Virus record (IMG/VR): IMGVR_UViG_3300020180_000010
Span: 60,348 to 124,347 of that record
Reading direction: 5' to 3' (one strand)
DNA: 64,000 nucleotides
Source of the DNA: a virus
Part shown: positions 30,756 through 41,939 of the stretch, one piece after another
How the letters are laid out: every line of letters begins with the position of its first letter
How positions within the stretch are numbered: the first letter of the stretch is position 1
Notes under the pieces: model-generated
Seen by the model: only the letters and a program-made list of their open reading frames with translations
Database searches by the model: none
Told to the model about the DNA's origin: nothing
Made by a program: the position numbers and the translations under genes

Positions 30756-31553
30756 TTAAAGTTGTAACAATACATCTAATAATGTTTGTGTTGAAGTGAT
30801 GGTGATGTTCTGAGCCACGGGTGTCGTACCGGCAACATTTCCGAATTCTACGCTTGTCTTGATCACTTCTATAATATTTCCGATCGGAACATGTCTTCTC
30901 CATTCACTTCTAATATTCAGCGTAATGGTTTGTTTAAATAATTTATCGTTCCGATCCTCAGCCTCTGTCCCACCACCAACCTGAACGCCCTTTACGGCCA
31001 AACCGGCATGTTCGAGTTTACGGAACCACAAATCAGCAAAAAATAAACTAACCTGTTGAGTCAGATCGTCCCTTCCACGAAGAGATCTTGACATTACTTC
31101 GATAGTAATCGAGCCTTCCCAGGCTCCCGCAAGAATAAAATATTCAGGAATTGCAAATGTTTTTATATTTCCATACCCATCCTGAAATACTCTTTTCCCC
31201 CACTGAACGCTTCCTTGCTCACGATTCAAAGAAATCGGAATAGAATTGGATCCGCCATGCCGGATAATCAATGCAGGATAGAAAATAGTATCTCTTCTGA
31301 AGGATTCTCCGATAAACAATCTTGTCGTGAGATCTTTAAGTTCTTCCGTATATCCGGCGTCAGGATGAAGATCCGTATGATCCGGTGTATTAGCGAATCC
31401 AAACCGATCTCGATCAAATCTATAGTACGAATCTTTACTAAAATGTTCACGTAACGAAGAAATAACCAATTCCTTCGGATACACGATCATCGTGTTCTGT
31501 ACGACATGGTAGATCTGGTCAAGATCCGAACGTAGGAAATTATTCGTTACCAT
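30756..31553 (-). CDS. Probable tail terminator/neck protein
   Basis: 265 aa immediately upstream of the sheath. YPALIIR and ITIEVMSRSLRGRDDLTQQV resemble tail-completion proteins. Confidence 0.65.
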   Translation of the reverse strand: MVTNNFLRSDLDQIYHVVQNTMIVYPKELVISSLREHFSKDSYYRFDRDRFGFANTPDHTDLHPDAGYTEELKDLTTRLFIGESFRRDTIFYPALIIRHGGSNSIPISLNREQGSVQWGKRVFQDGYGNIKTFAIPEYFILAGAWEGSITIEVMSRSLRGRDDLTQQVSLFFADLWFRKLEHAGLAVKGVQVGGGTEAEDRNDKLFKQTITLNIRSEWRRHVPIGNIIEVIKTSVEFGNVAGTTPVAQNITITSTQTLLDVLLQL

Positions 31554-31576
31554 CTTCTACCATCTATACTTAATAA

Positions 31577-31936
31577 TCACCGGTGACCCATGACCGCGGT
31601 AGATGGAGGATCATTCGTTACGGCACTGCAAGTAACCGTAAATCTCAAATTCGCATTCTGCCCGATCATATAATCAGATGGAAGTGATGTTATTTCCGCG
31701 TAATATGTAGAAGTACTGAACGCCGCAACGTTTGCAAACGTCAGGGTAAATGACCCCGATGCAGATGAATCCAACATATATGAAGAGCAGGAAGAAATAT
31801 TATTGTTCAGAATACCTGCCTCGGCTTGACATGAAATCCCTACCGCGTAGGCATGTGTACCGCTGCTAGAGGAACCGGTAGCGATGGTATTTCCCTCTAT
31901 CAGGACAGATGTATAATTATTTGTAAATTCTGGCAC
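31577..31936 (-). CDS. Small beta-helix-like protein, in frame with the upstream gene
   Basis: 119 aa; GTG start preceded by AGGA; VLIEGNTI and ILNNNIS beta-helix rungs. Confidence 0.6.
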   Translation of the reverse strand: MPEFTNNYTSVLIEGNTIATGSSSSGTHAYAVGISCQAEAGILNNNISSCSSYMLDSSASGSFTLTFANVAAFSTSTYYAEITSLPSDYMIGQNANLRFTVTCSAVTNDPPSTAVMGHR

Positions 31937-31945
31937 GATTATCCT

Positions 31946-34900
31946 TTACGTACCTGATGTTCTATCAACAATCAAAGCAGTATTGATTGTGCTGGATCCG
32001 TAATAATGTTGGTTAATAAATGTTACGTTGTAAGCAGTTATCCTGTTATTTCGAATAACTACGCTCGGTACCTGCACTGTAGGATCGGTAGGTGTCCGGA
32101 TGCCAAGATGAATCCACGAACAAGTATTATTCTGTATGATCCAAGAGCCTGAAAAAACTCCGGTTGGAAAATTAACATTAGGTCTGACTCCACCCTGATA
32201 GACCAATCCGGTTCCGGCCCCACTGTAAATAAATCTGCAAGTGTTCTGATCTACAAACAACATATTCTCTTTATCACGAATAACTGTTCCGTTAACCGTA
32301 CTGAGCGGCGTATCCTGACGTGTCAGTATATTAATAGCTCCACAAATATTATCTTGAATCTTGCATTTTATCGCAATGATTCCTCTGATATTGTTGCCAT
32401 TGGCAGTACTGCTGAAACTTATCAATTGGTTTCGATCGCAGATATTTTCCTTAATGACAAAATTAACCGCATAACAAGTAGTCGCTCCGCTCGTTGTATT
32501 GCCCGTTACAGCGATCACGGCTCTCTTTACTTCTCCGGTAGCGGTACAGGAGAAACGGTTATTCTGAAGAATTACGTTCTGGAACGCTCCTCCGGATGAT
32601 GGATATCGGAAATTTAGAGCCGCATAATGATCAACCGAACTAATAACAAATTCACAATTCTGTATGGTTACGTTGGTTACGGGAGCCGTTACGGATCCAG
32701 CCAGACAATCAATCACTCCAGCATTGCTGTTGACTAGATTCGTTGATGTATAGGAGCTATCTGCCGTAGCCGGGGTGTATTCGAGCCGAATCCCATCAAG
32801 CGTTACGTTGCTCCCCAACTGAATCGAAGAGGCTCCGACAGCTGGCGTGCATCGAAATATCGCTCCGTCTCCCTCAAATTTTACTGGATAATCATACGCG
32901 AGAGATATCGGTGACGTTAGAGTGAATATCCCTTTCAATCGCACAATATTATTATGGGTCGTGTTGTAACGCAGCCAATTATTTAGTCCAGTCAGGGTAT
33001 TGAAATTACCATTTATTTGATTGCTCGTCCAAACGATCGGTATATTGGCAGAGCTGTCACGGGCAAATTTACGCGCATCCGAAACAGTCAAAGAGAAAGT
33101 AGTGGCGTTGGTAACATCCGAAACAACCAAATATAGTAAAGTTAGGTCTTTTCTTGCTATTGCGATCTTCTGAAAAGTCGTCGATTCTACTGTATAGGTA
33201 GAAGAATTGACTGGATTGAATAGTGTTACTTCTCTTGTGGGATTATTACTTAGACTTATAGTTGAGTCGTAATCAGTAAGCGGTAACGTTCGGATATCTC
33301 CACGATCATCTACGCATACGGCCCAAAGAATCTTATTGTATGGAGATCCTGAAATGTATTCCTGAACGATCGGGATACCGATTTTGAAATGATTCTGTTC
33401 AAGAAGTCTTCCGTTGACAAGTGCTAGGCCACCGGTAAACGATAACTGGTTTCCAGCTACACTTACCTGGTCAAATCCCCTCACAACACCATTCTGGTGA
33501 AGATGCCTGTCGCCTGAAGAAATCAGATCCAGTGCTGAGGTCGTTAGTTCTTTCTCACTAACATTGCCAAATTGACGTACATCACGAATGTAACTGACTT
33601 TTTTCGTTGGATCGTCGAGCTGACAAGAACCCAAGAAAAAAACTTCAAGATCTTGAATTAGCGATGGAAACAGATCAATAACTAATGATTCATTAGTAAA
33701 TGAAACTGGAATTGTATTGAAATCAAACAGTATATCGATATGATCAACGTTCGTTTCATCATAAAATCTAGTTACGGTGCCACGTTTACCTGTTATGGCC
33801 GGGCCAAGATTATTGATTGAGTCACGACACAGGTATCCGGTATACGTACCATCGGTTTGATTGTAGCTCTGTATAAATAATGTTATTTTTTTATTAAGAG
33901 CTGAATCGTAGCCTCTTAGCTTTGAAGAAACTTTAATAATATTAGCCGTGGCTAGACTGACATTCGTTGTATTTCGATTAAACCGAGCACGCTCATGGGT
34001 GAACGTATGAGTTGCGGAATCAACATATATTTCGAAGTATCGTTTAAATAAATCAGTACTGGTGGAGTTGATAACATTAAGTTTATCAAATGATACGGAT
34101 TCATCACCAAAGTATATTCTTACCTTGATTCCAAGGCTTGTCGCGGCGACAGGGTTCCCGGCAGCATGGACTCCGTTATAAACTTCAATTATAGTTTTGT
34201 TAACCACACCGTCACACGCGTCAAACGTAACATTTTCAATTATAAATCTACCATAATCGAAATCATTAATGGTCGTGGATGGGGTTACCGGTTGAACCAA
34301 TAAGGTTTTACCAGGAATCAGCTCGGCTTTTGAAAGATCCAGTGGAATTTCGTATTTTACACGAACCGTTTGGGATGGAAAAATATTCTTTTCTGAAATC
34401 GTTGCGAGCCAATATCCATCTTTAAACGTATCAACATATCCATCGCTGACTTGTCTTAGTGATGATCTTTCTATTCCATCAACGTAATAATTTTTAGCGT
34501 TCAGAGGAACGAAAATATTAGCGGATGTTTGAGACTGCTCAATCGTTATGAATCCAGATCGATATGATGCCGAGGCGACATTTGCATTACTTCTTCCCAA
34601 TCCTAACGGATCAAGATTATTAGAGGCATCACCGATGACATTATTGACGAGGGTCCCGACCAGAACGCCAATGTTATTCACGACACCAGAAATAATGCTG
34701 AATCCGGCATTCAGTATCGAGTCTGACATCATGATTCCGAATTCACCAGAACTCTGGAATGCTATGAATCTATAATTAAATCCTGCTCGGTGCAGCGCAT
34801 CGTTTGTGCTCTGTACGATCGAATCAAGTGTATATTTGCCCGGCGTGGCACCGAGGTTCCCCGTGACATCAATCGGAGGGAGATTGATAGTTTTGGTTAC

Positions 34901-36271
34901 AGGGTCACCATACGGATAAATAGCTAGATAAAGATTATAATTACTCGGGCCGAAGTTGTTTGGATCAAATCCTAAACCCAAGCACATAGCGGCTTTTGGA
35001 TGGCCAAGGAGCAAAGATCCGTTTTGATTAAATTGGTTATTTACGGCAGAAAGCGCCAAAACACCAGATTTATTCTCGCTAAAAAGTGGTTTGTCTATCC
35101 GGGCAATCGCCAGAGCCGATTCCCTTATGTTTCTTCCAGCAATCCTAACGATATATTTTCGATTCGGAGGAACCGCACCATCATAGGTAAACCGGATAGA
35201 ATCGATAAGATACTGTACTTTCAAATCACCATAATCAACTGTAATTATGTATCCCGGTTTAACTTTTCCAAATTCAGAATCAAACTTGAATACTGCGTCA
35301 TTCCCAGGAATGAATTCAATAATGTCATCGCCAACATTATTATCATCGACGATCGATGAGACATTTGCGTGTCTCAGGTAAGTTTTAACAGGCGTGAACG
35401 GAACCGCGGCTCCGTATCCATCTGTATTGAGAATTACTCCACGGCATGTACGACTGATGCCGTTGGCATGATGATTTTGCTGATGATTATTTGTAGATAA
35501 GAAATTTGTTTTGTCGATTGATTCAGCGAATTCCTGGACATCTTTAATTGTTTTCGGAATAATGAAAAAACCGCTAGAATCGAGCGAAACGGATCTGGCC
35601 GGGTGTGAAATGGTATCGGCATACCCATCCGTATGAACCAGACCATCTGCTCTAAAGTGTCTCAGAAGCTCTTGATTAAGACTTCTTAGAAATAGAGCTA
35701 GGTTAGAGCCTCTGGATTGGCCGAAACGATTTTTAGGGGACTCTCCTCCGGGCCAGCCGAAATTAGGATCTCTTGAATCGGAAGGTTCAGAATTGATATC
35801 GATGTGAGATACGACGTGGCGTCCGTTTATCGTTGGTATGGATATGGACGCGACACCTGAAAGATGTCTAACAAAGTCTGTACTGAGTTCGGAAAACAGA
35901 TCCGTTAGATTGATTAGATCGTTTTTTGTTAGATTTAGATCGGTAAATAGAGAGGTGGTGTTGTGGGCGAGAGCAAGTTTTGATTCAGCAATCGCGGCAG
36001 TCGGGGAGACTTCTAGATCCGTTACCGGGCCAACAATCGCACCCGCGGCTACGATTGCGGCAGGTTTGAGCGTACCATCAGGATTTATACAGAGCGCGAT
36101 TCTTGCAGCGAGCGAGCCTGAACTTCCTGAGATATTTAGTCCAAGTTCTCTTTCGATGATAAAAACAGCTGAACGTAATTGATTAATTGCGAGACTGCCG
36201 ATTTCGACAATATTATCATCGACCCTCGGAAGACTCGTATCATCATCATATTTATTGGGATAATTGCTCAT
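31946..36271 (-). CDS. Large virion protein with C-terminal right-handed beta-helix
   Basis: 1441 aa. N-terminal SNYPNKYDD..INQLRSAVFIIERELG anchor, and C-terminal repeats NVTIQNCEF, NVILQNNRF, FVIKENIC, WIIQNNTC, VVIRNNRI. Confidence 0.75.
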   Translation of the reverse strand: MSNYPNKYDDDTSLPRVDDNIVEIGSLAINQLRSAVFIIERELGLNISGSSGSLAARIALCINPDGTLKPAAIVAAGAIVGPVTDLEVSPTAAIAESKLALAHNTTSLFTDLNLTKNDLINLTDLFSELSTDFVRHLSGVASISIPTINGRHVVSHIDINSEPSDSRDPNFGWPGGESPKNRFGQSRGSNLALFLRSLNQELLRHFRADGLVHTDGYADTISHPARSVSLDSSGFFIIPKTIKDVQEFAESIDKTNFLSTNNHQQNHHANGISRTCRGVILNTDGYGAAVPFTPVKTYLRHANVSSIVDDNNVGDDIIEFIPGNDAVFKFDSEFGKVKPGYIITVDYGDLKVQYLIDSIRFTYDGAVPPNRKYIVRIAGRNIRESALAIARIDKPLFSENKSGVLALSAVNNQFNQNGSLLLGHPKAAMCLGLGFDPNNFGPSNYNLYLAIYPYGDPVTKTINLPPIDVTGNLGATPGKYTLDSIVQSTNDALHRAGFNYRFIAFQSSGEFGIMMSDSILNAGFSIISGVVNNIGVLVGTLVNNVIGDASNNLDPLGLGRSNANVASASYRSGFITIEQSQTSANIFVPLNAKNYYVDGIERSSLRQVSDGYVDTFKDGYWLATISEKNIFPSQTVRVKYEIPLDLSKAELIPGKTLLVQPVTPSTTINDFDYGRFIIENVTFDACDGVVNKTIIEVYNGVHAAGNPVAATSLGIKVRIYFGDESVSFDKLNVINSTSTDLFKRYFEIYVDSATHTFTHERARFNRNTTNVSLATANIIKVSSKLRGYDSALNKKITLFIQSYNQTDGTYTGYLCRDSINNLGPAITGKRGTVTRFYDETNVDHIDILFDFNTIPVSFTNESLVIDLFPSLIQDLEVFFLGSCQLDDPTKKVSYIRDVRQFGNVSEKELTTSALDLISSGDRHLHQNGVVRGFDQVSVAGNQLSFTGGLALVNGRLLEQNHFKIGIPIVQEYISGSPYNKILWAVCVDDRGDIRTLPLTDYDSTISLSNNPTREVTLFNPVNSSTYTVESTTFQKIAIARKDLTLLYLVVSDVTNATTFSLTVSDARKFARDSSANIPIVWTSNQINGNFNTLTGLNNWLRYNTTHNNIVRLKGIFTLTSPISLAYDYPVKFEGDGAIFRCTPAVGASSIQLGSNVTLDGIRLEYTPATADSSYTSTNLVNSNAGVIDCLAGSVTAPVTNVTIQNCEFVISSVDHYAALNFRYPSSGGAFQNVILQNNRFSCTATGEVKRAVIAVTGNTTSGATTCYAVNFVIKENICDRNQLISFSSTANGNNIRGIIAIKCKIQDNICGAINILTRQDTPLSTVNGTVIRDKENMLFVDQNTCRFIYSGAGTGLVYQGGVRPNVNFPTGVFSGSWIIQNNTCSWIHLGIRTPTDPTVQVPSVVIRNNRITAYNVTFINQHYYGSSTINTALIVDRTSGT

Positions 36272-36366
36272 CTGATCTTTCGCGCGCTGCCGGAACGGCT
36301 AATCAGTTCCGCACCAGTCATACTTAAATATAGAATGAATGAAGTCGTGACGAATCGTTTTCTTCG

Positions 36367-36804
36367 TTACGGATCAAGTGTTTTTCCACTTTGGCCTGGG
36401 CCCGGTTCCTGAGACGGATACAATGGAGTCGGAGGTGCAGAGTCTCCCAAATCAATCTGACCACCGCTGACTGCTTTTATATTGCTCTTTATCATACTTC
36501 TGATGACACGATAAATAATGCTACTAAAAGACCCTGCGGTCAGGCCCATGCTTAATCTGCCGCTCAACGAAACAATATCAGAAGAGTATGGATATTTAGT
36601 TGCGACGCCGCAAAACAGCAATCCTGTTAGAATTGGCGAGAGTGGGAGGAACACATCATTATAAAATTTAGCAAATTTATTAACCAGATTAAACTGTACC
36701 ATACAGTAGTCGGTTATTTTTCGCAATGAAAAATTAATTGCCGCGATGGTTAAGCATAATAGAAGAAAATTCCAACTTAGTAAATTTTGTAATGCAGTTT
36801 CCAT
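36367..36804 (-). CDS. Small membrane protein (holin-like)
   Basis: 145 aa with about three hydrophobic segments and a charged, Pro-rich tail. Confidence 0.55.
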   Translation of the reverse strand: METALQNLLSWNFLLLCLTIAAINFSLRKITDYCMVQFNLVNKFAKFYNDVFLPLSPILTGLLFCGVATKYPYSSDIVSLSGRLSMGLTAGSFSSIIYRVIRSMIKSNIKAVSGGQIDLGDSAPPTPLYPSQEPGPGQSGKTLDP

Positions 36805-36814
36805 TTTTCCTCAA

Positions 36815-37635
<821 letters not shown>

Positions 37636-37639
<4 letters not shown>

Positions 37640-37944
37640 GTGCTGTACCCGTCACTTTGAGCAGCTCGCCAAGCCCTAAATTCCTCGAATTCTTGACGCA
37701 GTCCCCTCAGTCTATCAGCTTCATTATTTTGAAGAATAATTTCTTGCTCTCGTTTTTCCTGCCGATACGTATTCATCAGGCTTTGATTGTTTTGAAGCAA
37801 TACGTTAAACTCGTCTTCCGGTAATACAAAGCTGCCATCTGGCGTAGTTATGTTGGCATCATCGACATAATAAAATTCTGTTATATACTCTGATGGTAAA
37901 TCTACAGAGCCAGAACCACATTTTTTAAATACAACATACTTCAT
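37636..37944 (-). CDS. Small hypothetical protein (possible fibre chaperone)
   Basis: 102 aa between the spike and Gly-rich genes; coiled-coil-like C-terminus ending DGYST. Confidence 0.6.
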
Positions 37945-37951
37945 AATATTC

Positions 37952-39814
37952 CTATATCACGAGCCAATCTGTACCATTACTTACAATTGTCAATCCGCCC
38001 CAATCTACATCAATTGCCTTACCGGCATTAAGTCCTTCTATCTTATCAGTGCCGTTCGGAACGATCGTAATGGGGCTTGTAGAAGCGGCACCCGCTGCAT
38101 CTTTTATAATCAAAACACGATACGTGGAGGATGCAGCAGTCGGAAGCAATACTAAGGCTTGACCTTGTAATGGATTTATAGCATTTGTAGTTATGAGCAA
38201 TACAATATCATCCGCCACAACAGTATAACTTGTAAAAGGTACAAGCGTTACGGTTCTTACGTTCAAAAATAAATTTATGTGTCTTCCGGCTACTTGATTT
38301 ATCAATCCGTCAAAATTAATAAATCCGGCAGTATAGTTAATAGTCGGAGCGGTATTGTTTATAGTTGCCGAAGCATTGTTATTAATGGTCGCAACGGTAT
38401 TAATTATTGTCGCAGTGTTATTAGTTATTGACGTAGATATGGAATTGGTCAGGGTAGTCGCGCTGACACTTAAATTGGTACCGATAACCGCTGCGTTAGT
38501 TTGAGTAAATTGTAAATGTGTTCCCAGCTCAAACGTAGATGGCGTCAAAACTATTTGTGGCGTTCCGGTAGTAGTGACGCTGACTTGAAAATTTCCATTA
38601 TAATTATTTCCGCAATCCAACGCCGTAAGCTTCGTCCCGGGACTCACGATAGATGTATTGTATCGAATAAATTTAAACGTCGACAAAGCCGCGGAAGATG
38701 ATTTATTAATCGTAACGTTATTATCCGCGACTACTATTTTACTATAATTTCCAAAAACTAATGATGTACCGACAACATCATTTATATATAGGAGCGTCAG
38801 CACAGTACTGAGATCTCCCCAAAAATAATTATCCGATACCGTAATGTTGGCAGCATTTGAATTTATGAAACAATTATTTCCAGGACCGCTGGAATCTCCA
38901 GATAATTTTCCAAATGCCCTTACCTTATTATTCATAAACTGAATATGATCCGCTGCACCATTCAATGTCTGGAATTGAACCGGCACGCTAAATCCATCAA
39001 ATCCACATCCCGTAACTTTTAGCAATGTTGAATAACTGCTGACAACTGAAGCAGTCAGGTCAATTGCTTTAGCCGTACTGGTGGTAAGATTAGATCTTCC
39101 CAAAAACAATACTTCTGAGCAGGAAAGAGACCCTCCCTGCTCCAACGTAACCAATGCTATATTGGTACTTTGCGGATCTTTATACGTAAGATCACCAGTT
39201 ACTTTTGGATATGGATAATTGTCCTGAATAACTAGGTTGGTAAGAGTGGTTGTTTTATAAGCTATGAATGGGTCGTAACCCACAACTGAACCAGTAACGG
39301 ATTGCTCCGGCACTCTAAAAGGATCGGCTTTTATGTTAAAAAGCGCTCTTCCGGTTCCGTGTGCCACAACCGTGAGATTTACAAATCTTGCTCCCGCGCC
39401 TTCCCCCATTATGGTTACGCCCGGAGGAACCTGTACAGTACCGGATATCTTATATGTTCCGGCCTTAATGAATACCAATCCACCATCCTGAACACGAGAA
39501 TAATTTGGATTGGATGGATTGGTAAAAAGATCATTCAGAACTGGATCAAAATACGGAACCGTATCATTAAGGGTTCCCGTAGCATACATATCGTAGGTAG
39601 AGCCTCCCACGACTACGAACTGTGCCGCGCCTTGAGAAACCGTATAGATTTCCTGAAGGACACCTTGAACGTTCGTGCTGGCGATTCCAGATATGGCAGT
39701 GGTGTCGATTTGTGAGGCTGTATGTCGGAATGACTCGCCTTTTATATGTTTTTCGAAATCGAACCTGTCCGTAACAAGTCTTCCGATTCCCTTTGTTTTA
39801 TCAAAAACTACCAT
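37952..39814 (-). CDS. Tailspike-like protein (pectate lyase-like beta-helix)
   Basis: 620 aa. GGLVFIKAGTYKISGTVQVPPGVTIMGEG beta-helix cap, and C-terminal VLIIKDAAG..ITIVPNGTDKIEG..LTIVSNGTDWLVI fibre domain. Confidence 0.8.
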   Translation of the reverse strand: MVVFDKTKGIGRLVTDRFDFEKHIKGESFRHTASQIDTTAISGIASTNVQGVLQEIYTVSQGAAQFVVVGGSTYDMYATGTLNDTVPYFDPVLNDLFTNPSNPNYSRVQDGGLVFIKAGTYKISGTVQVPPGVTIMGEGAGARFVNLTVVAHGTGRALFNIKADPFRVPEQSVTGSVVGYDPFIAYKTTTLTNLVIQDNYPYPKVTGDLTYKDPQSTNIALVTLEQGGSLSCSEVLFLGRSNLTTSTAKAIDLTASVVSSYSTLLKVTGCGFDGFSVPVQFQTLNGAADHIQFMNNKVRAFGKLSGDSSGPGNNCFINSNAANITVSDNYFWGDLSTVLTLLYINDVVGTSLVFGNYSKIVVADNNVTINKSSSAALSTFKFIRYNTSIVSPGTKLTALDCGNNYNGNFQVSVTTTGTPQIVLTPSTFELGTHLQFTQTNAAVIGTNLSVSATTLTNSISTSITNNTATIINTVATINNNASATINNTAPTINYTAGFINFDGLINQVAGRHINLFLNVRTVTLVPFTSYTVVADDIVLLITTNAINPLQGQALVLLPTAASSTYRVLIIKDAAGAASTSPITIVPNGTDKIEGLNAGKAIDVDWGGLTIVSNGTDWLVI

Positions 39815-39858
39815 GGGCCAGCCTCACAATATAATACTCAAAATATGGTACAGAATAG

Positions 39859-41424
39859 CTAAATAACAATTGTATGGGTATGTCCGAGCCACTGAGTCTG
39901 CACGATTCCATCGATAATTTGATGAGAATGTCCCTGCGCGATGGATGTTGTTTGATTGACTTCGGAAAGCGTCGTCACGCCATCCACGACAACAATTTGG
40001 TGCGAATGAGGTAGGATTCCAGGGCTGCTAGCAATGCTCGTCGTGAGGACTCTAGGTAGTGGCGCGGCATCCCTCAATACTCTTACTTGATAAATAGGGT
40101 CGGTTTTTTGAATACGTTGTGCTTTAAATTTTTGCCCACCCATCAAACTTTGAAGCAATCTATTTCTACTTACCGAAAGAACTTCATATCTAAATTCTTC
40201 GTTTCCATCCTGATCAAACCGAATAATAAAATCACGATCTTTTATCGTCGGGACCGTAAGGGTCCAACAATCAAATATAATTCCCGGATCCAATCCAGCT
40301 TCTCCGGATTTTAATTTATCATCAACCGGACCAAAACGAACCATTATTCTTCGATCTGATCGTCTTTGATTAAAATATTGCTCCCAGCCGCTAACAAACC
40401 CTGAACCCAGACATACTGGACATCTATTATCAGGATATTCACTAGATGGTAAATAACACTTACAATAAATACCGGCTCGTTGTTTCTTGACCAAAACAAC
40501 CGGCTCTCCAATTACGTTTAATAGGAATTCTTGTCGCTGATTGTTTTGTTCCTGAATCGACAACCCTCTCCGGACCCTACCGACTCCTCCGTACCCATCA
40601 GCGCAACCTTGTTCTCCGCCAATATACGTATCGACACATTCACCATTTAATAACAATGTTGGGTCGGTTCGGTGCCAACCTGCATAATCATACGATTGAA
40701 AATCTTCATTCGCGAGATCGCTGCTAGCGAGATCGCTTGTCATGAAATCTTTTAATCTTTGAGCGTAACCATCTGCTGTTCTGTATGAAAAATGATCAAG
40801 ATCAAATCTGCAAAGAACATTATAAATTTTAGTATTCTGATCTTCCGTACCTAAAAACAAACCAATATTGGTATCTTGGATACGAGTTCCGTCGTACCCA
40901 TCGGTATCGTGATGACTTGCGGTAGTGGCGGCGTAACCACGACCGCTTGAATTGGTTAAGAAAAAAGTAGCTCCCTTGACCGTATAACGGATCAGTTCTA
41001 TACCGATCCGGATAAGTCCAGAATCAGGAAACCTTGTTGTCGAGATAACCGGAATAGTTGTATCGGTAGCCAGTATATTTTGTGTGAGCATGGTTGACGG
41101 ATACGCAAACAGAACATCCGTCACTGGTATTAGTTGTGAGGGGGATACAATATTTGGATCATACTCAACGGCCCTGACTGCAAAAAAATACGTATCCCCG
41201 GGAGTCAAATCGGCAATCCTGGCTGAATTACCTGTCAGTGCGATGAATTTAACACCTTCTGAAAATACAGTTTCGGAATCCGTACTGTAATAGATATGAT
41301 AGGCAATATTCAGTAGTACGGATTCAGGATAGGCCGTATTCCATTTAACTTCAACGGTAAAGCCATCATTAAATGCCGAAACTTCCGACACCCCAACTAT
41401 GGTTCTGGATAGATAATACGGCAT
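39859..41424 (-). CDS. Neck/head-closure protein with N-terminal FN3 domain, Cys motif and His-rich tail
   Basis: 521 aa. FN3 signature IADLTPGDTYFFAVRAV, CKC..CPVCLGSG, PTIKDRDFII..RYEV, and three HxH motifs at the C-terminus. Confidence 0.65.
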   Translation of the reverse strand: MPYYLSRTIVGVSEVSAFNDGFTVEVKWNTAYPESVLLNIAYHIYYSTDSETVFSEGVKFIALTGNSARIADLTPGDTYFFAVRAVEYDPNIVSPSQLIPVTDVLFAYPSTMLTQNILATDTTIPVISTTRFPDSGLIRIGIELIRYTVKGATFFLTNSSGRGYAATTASHHDTDGYDGTRIQDTNIGLFLGTEDQNTKIYNVLCRFDLDHFSYRTADGYAQRLKDFMTSDLASSDLANEDFQSYDYAGWHRTDPTLLLNGECVDTYIGGEQGCADGYGGVGRVRRGLSIQEQNNQRQEFLLNVIGEPVVLVKKQRAGIYCKCYLPSSEYPDNRCPVCLGSGFVSGWEQYFNQRRSDRRIMVRFGPVDDKLKSGEAGLDPGIIFDCWTLTVPTIKDRDFIIRFDQDGNEEFRYEVLSVSRNRLLQSLMGGQKFKAQRIQKTDPIYQVRVLRDAAPLPRVLTTSIASSPGILPHSHQIVVVDGVTTLSEVNQTTSIAQGHSHQIIDGIVQTQWLGHTHTIVI

Positions 41425-41432
41425 ACCAGTCC

Positions 41433-41939
41433 TTAAACTTTAGCGCTCAGTTGTTCTTTTTTATTATTCTTTTCCGTTCCTTCTAATTCATGATAATCAA
41501 GCATACGATCAAGATACTTATCAGCCTCACCTGATCCAAACTCTTCCGATATCCATTGAATTTGATTCCGAAATCCTTCAATTTCCTGCGGAGAATCGAG
41601 ATAATCTTCACCATCAGAAGAAGGGAGAGCTTCATCGGAAGTAGTTTGTTGTAGCTGATGAGTTATTTCATGAATCAGGTAAGAATAATCTTTATAAAAA
41701 TCACCATCACAAAGAAGCTTATAATTAATGAATATTATTCCGTGTTTTGTTCTAGCGGAAACATCCAGGTCAGCAAAACATATAGGAATTTCTTTCAGAT
41801 CCTCAATCGGCACATCATATTTACTAAATACTTCAAGCATTACAGGATCCTTCATGAGGAAGTGTTTTGCTCTCTGTATGACCCGTCTGAGTAATTCTGG
41901 AGAGAACGTTTTAACTTGCTGTAATGTAAAACGTTCCAT
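41433..41939 (-). CDS. HExxH zinc metallopeptidase-like protein
   Basis: 168 aa; YLIHEITHQLQQ followed by YLDSPQEIEGF. Confidence 0.65.
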   Translation of the reverse strand: MERFTLQQVKTFSPELLRRVIQRAKHFLMKDPVMLEVFSKYDVPIEDLKEIPICFADLDVSARTKHGIIFINYKLLCDGDFYKDYSYLIHEITHQLQQTTSDEALPSSDGEDYLDSPQEIEGFRNQIQWISEEFGSGEADKYLDRMLDYHELEGTEKNNKKEQLSAKV

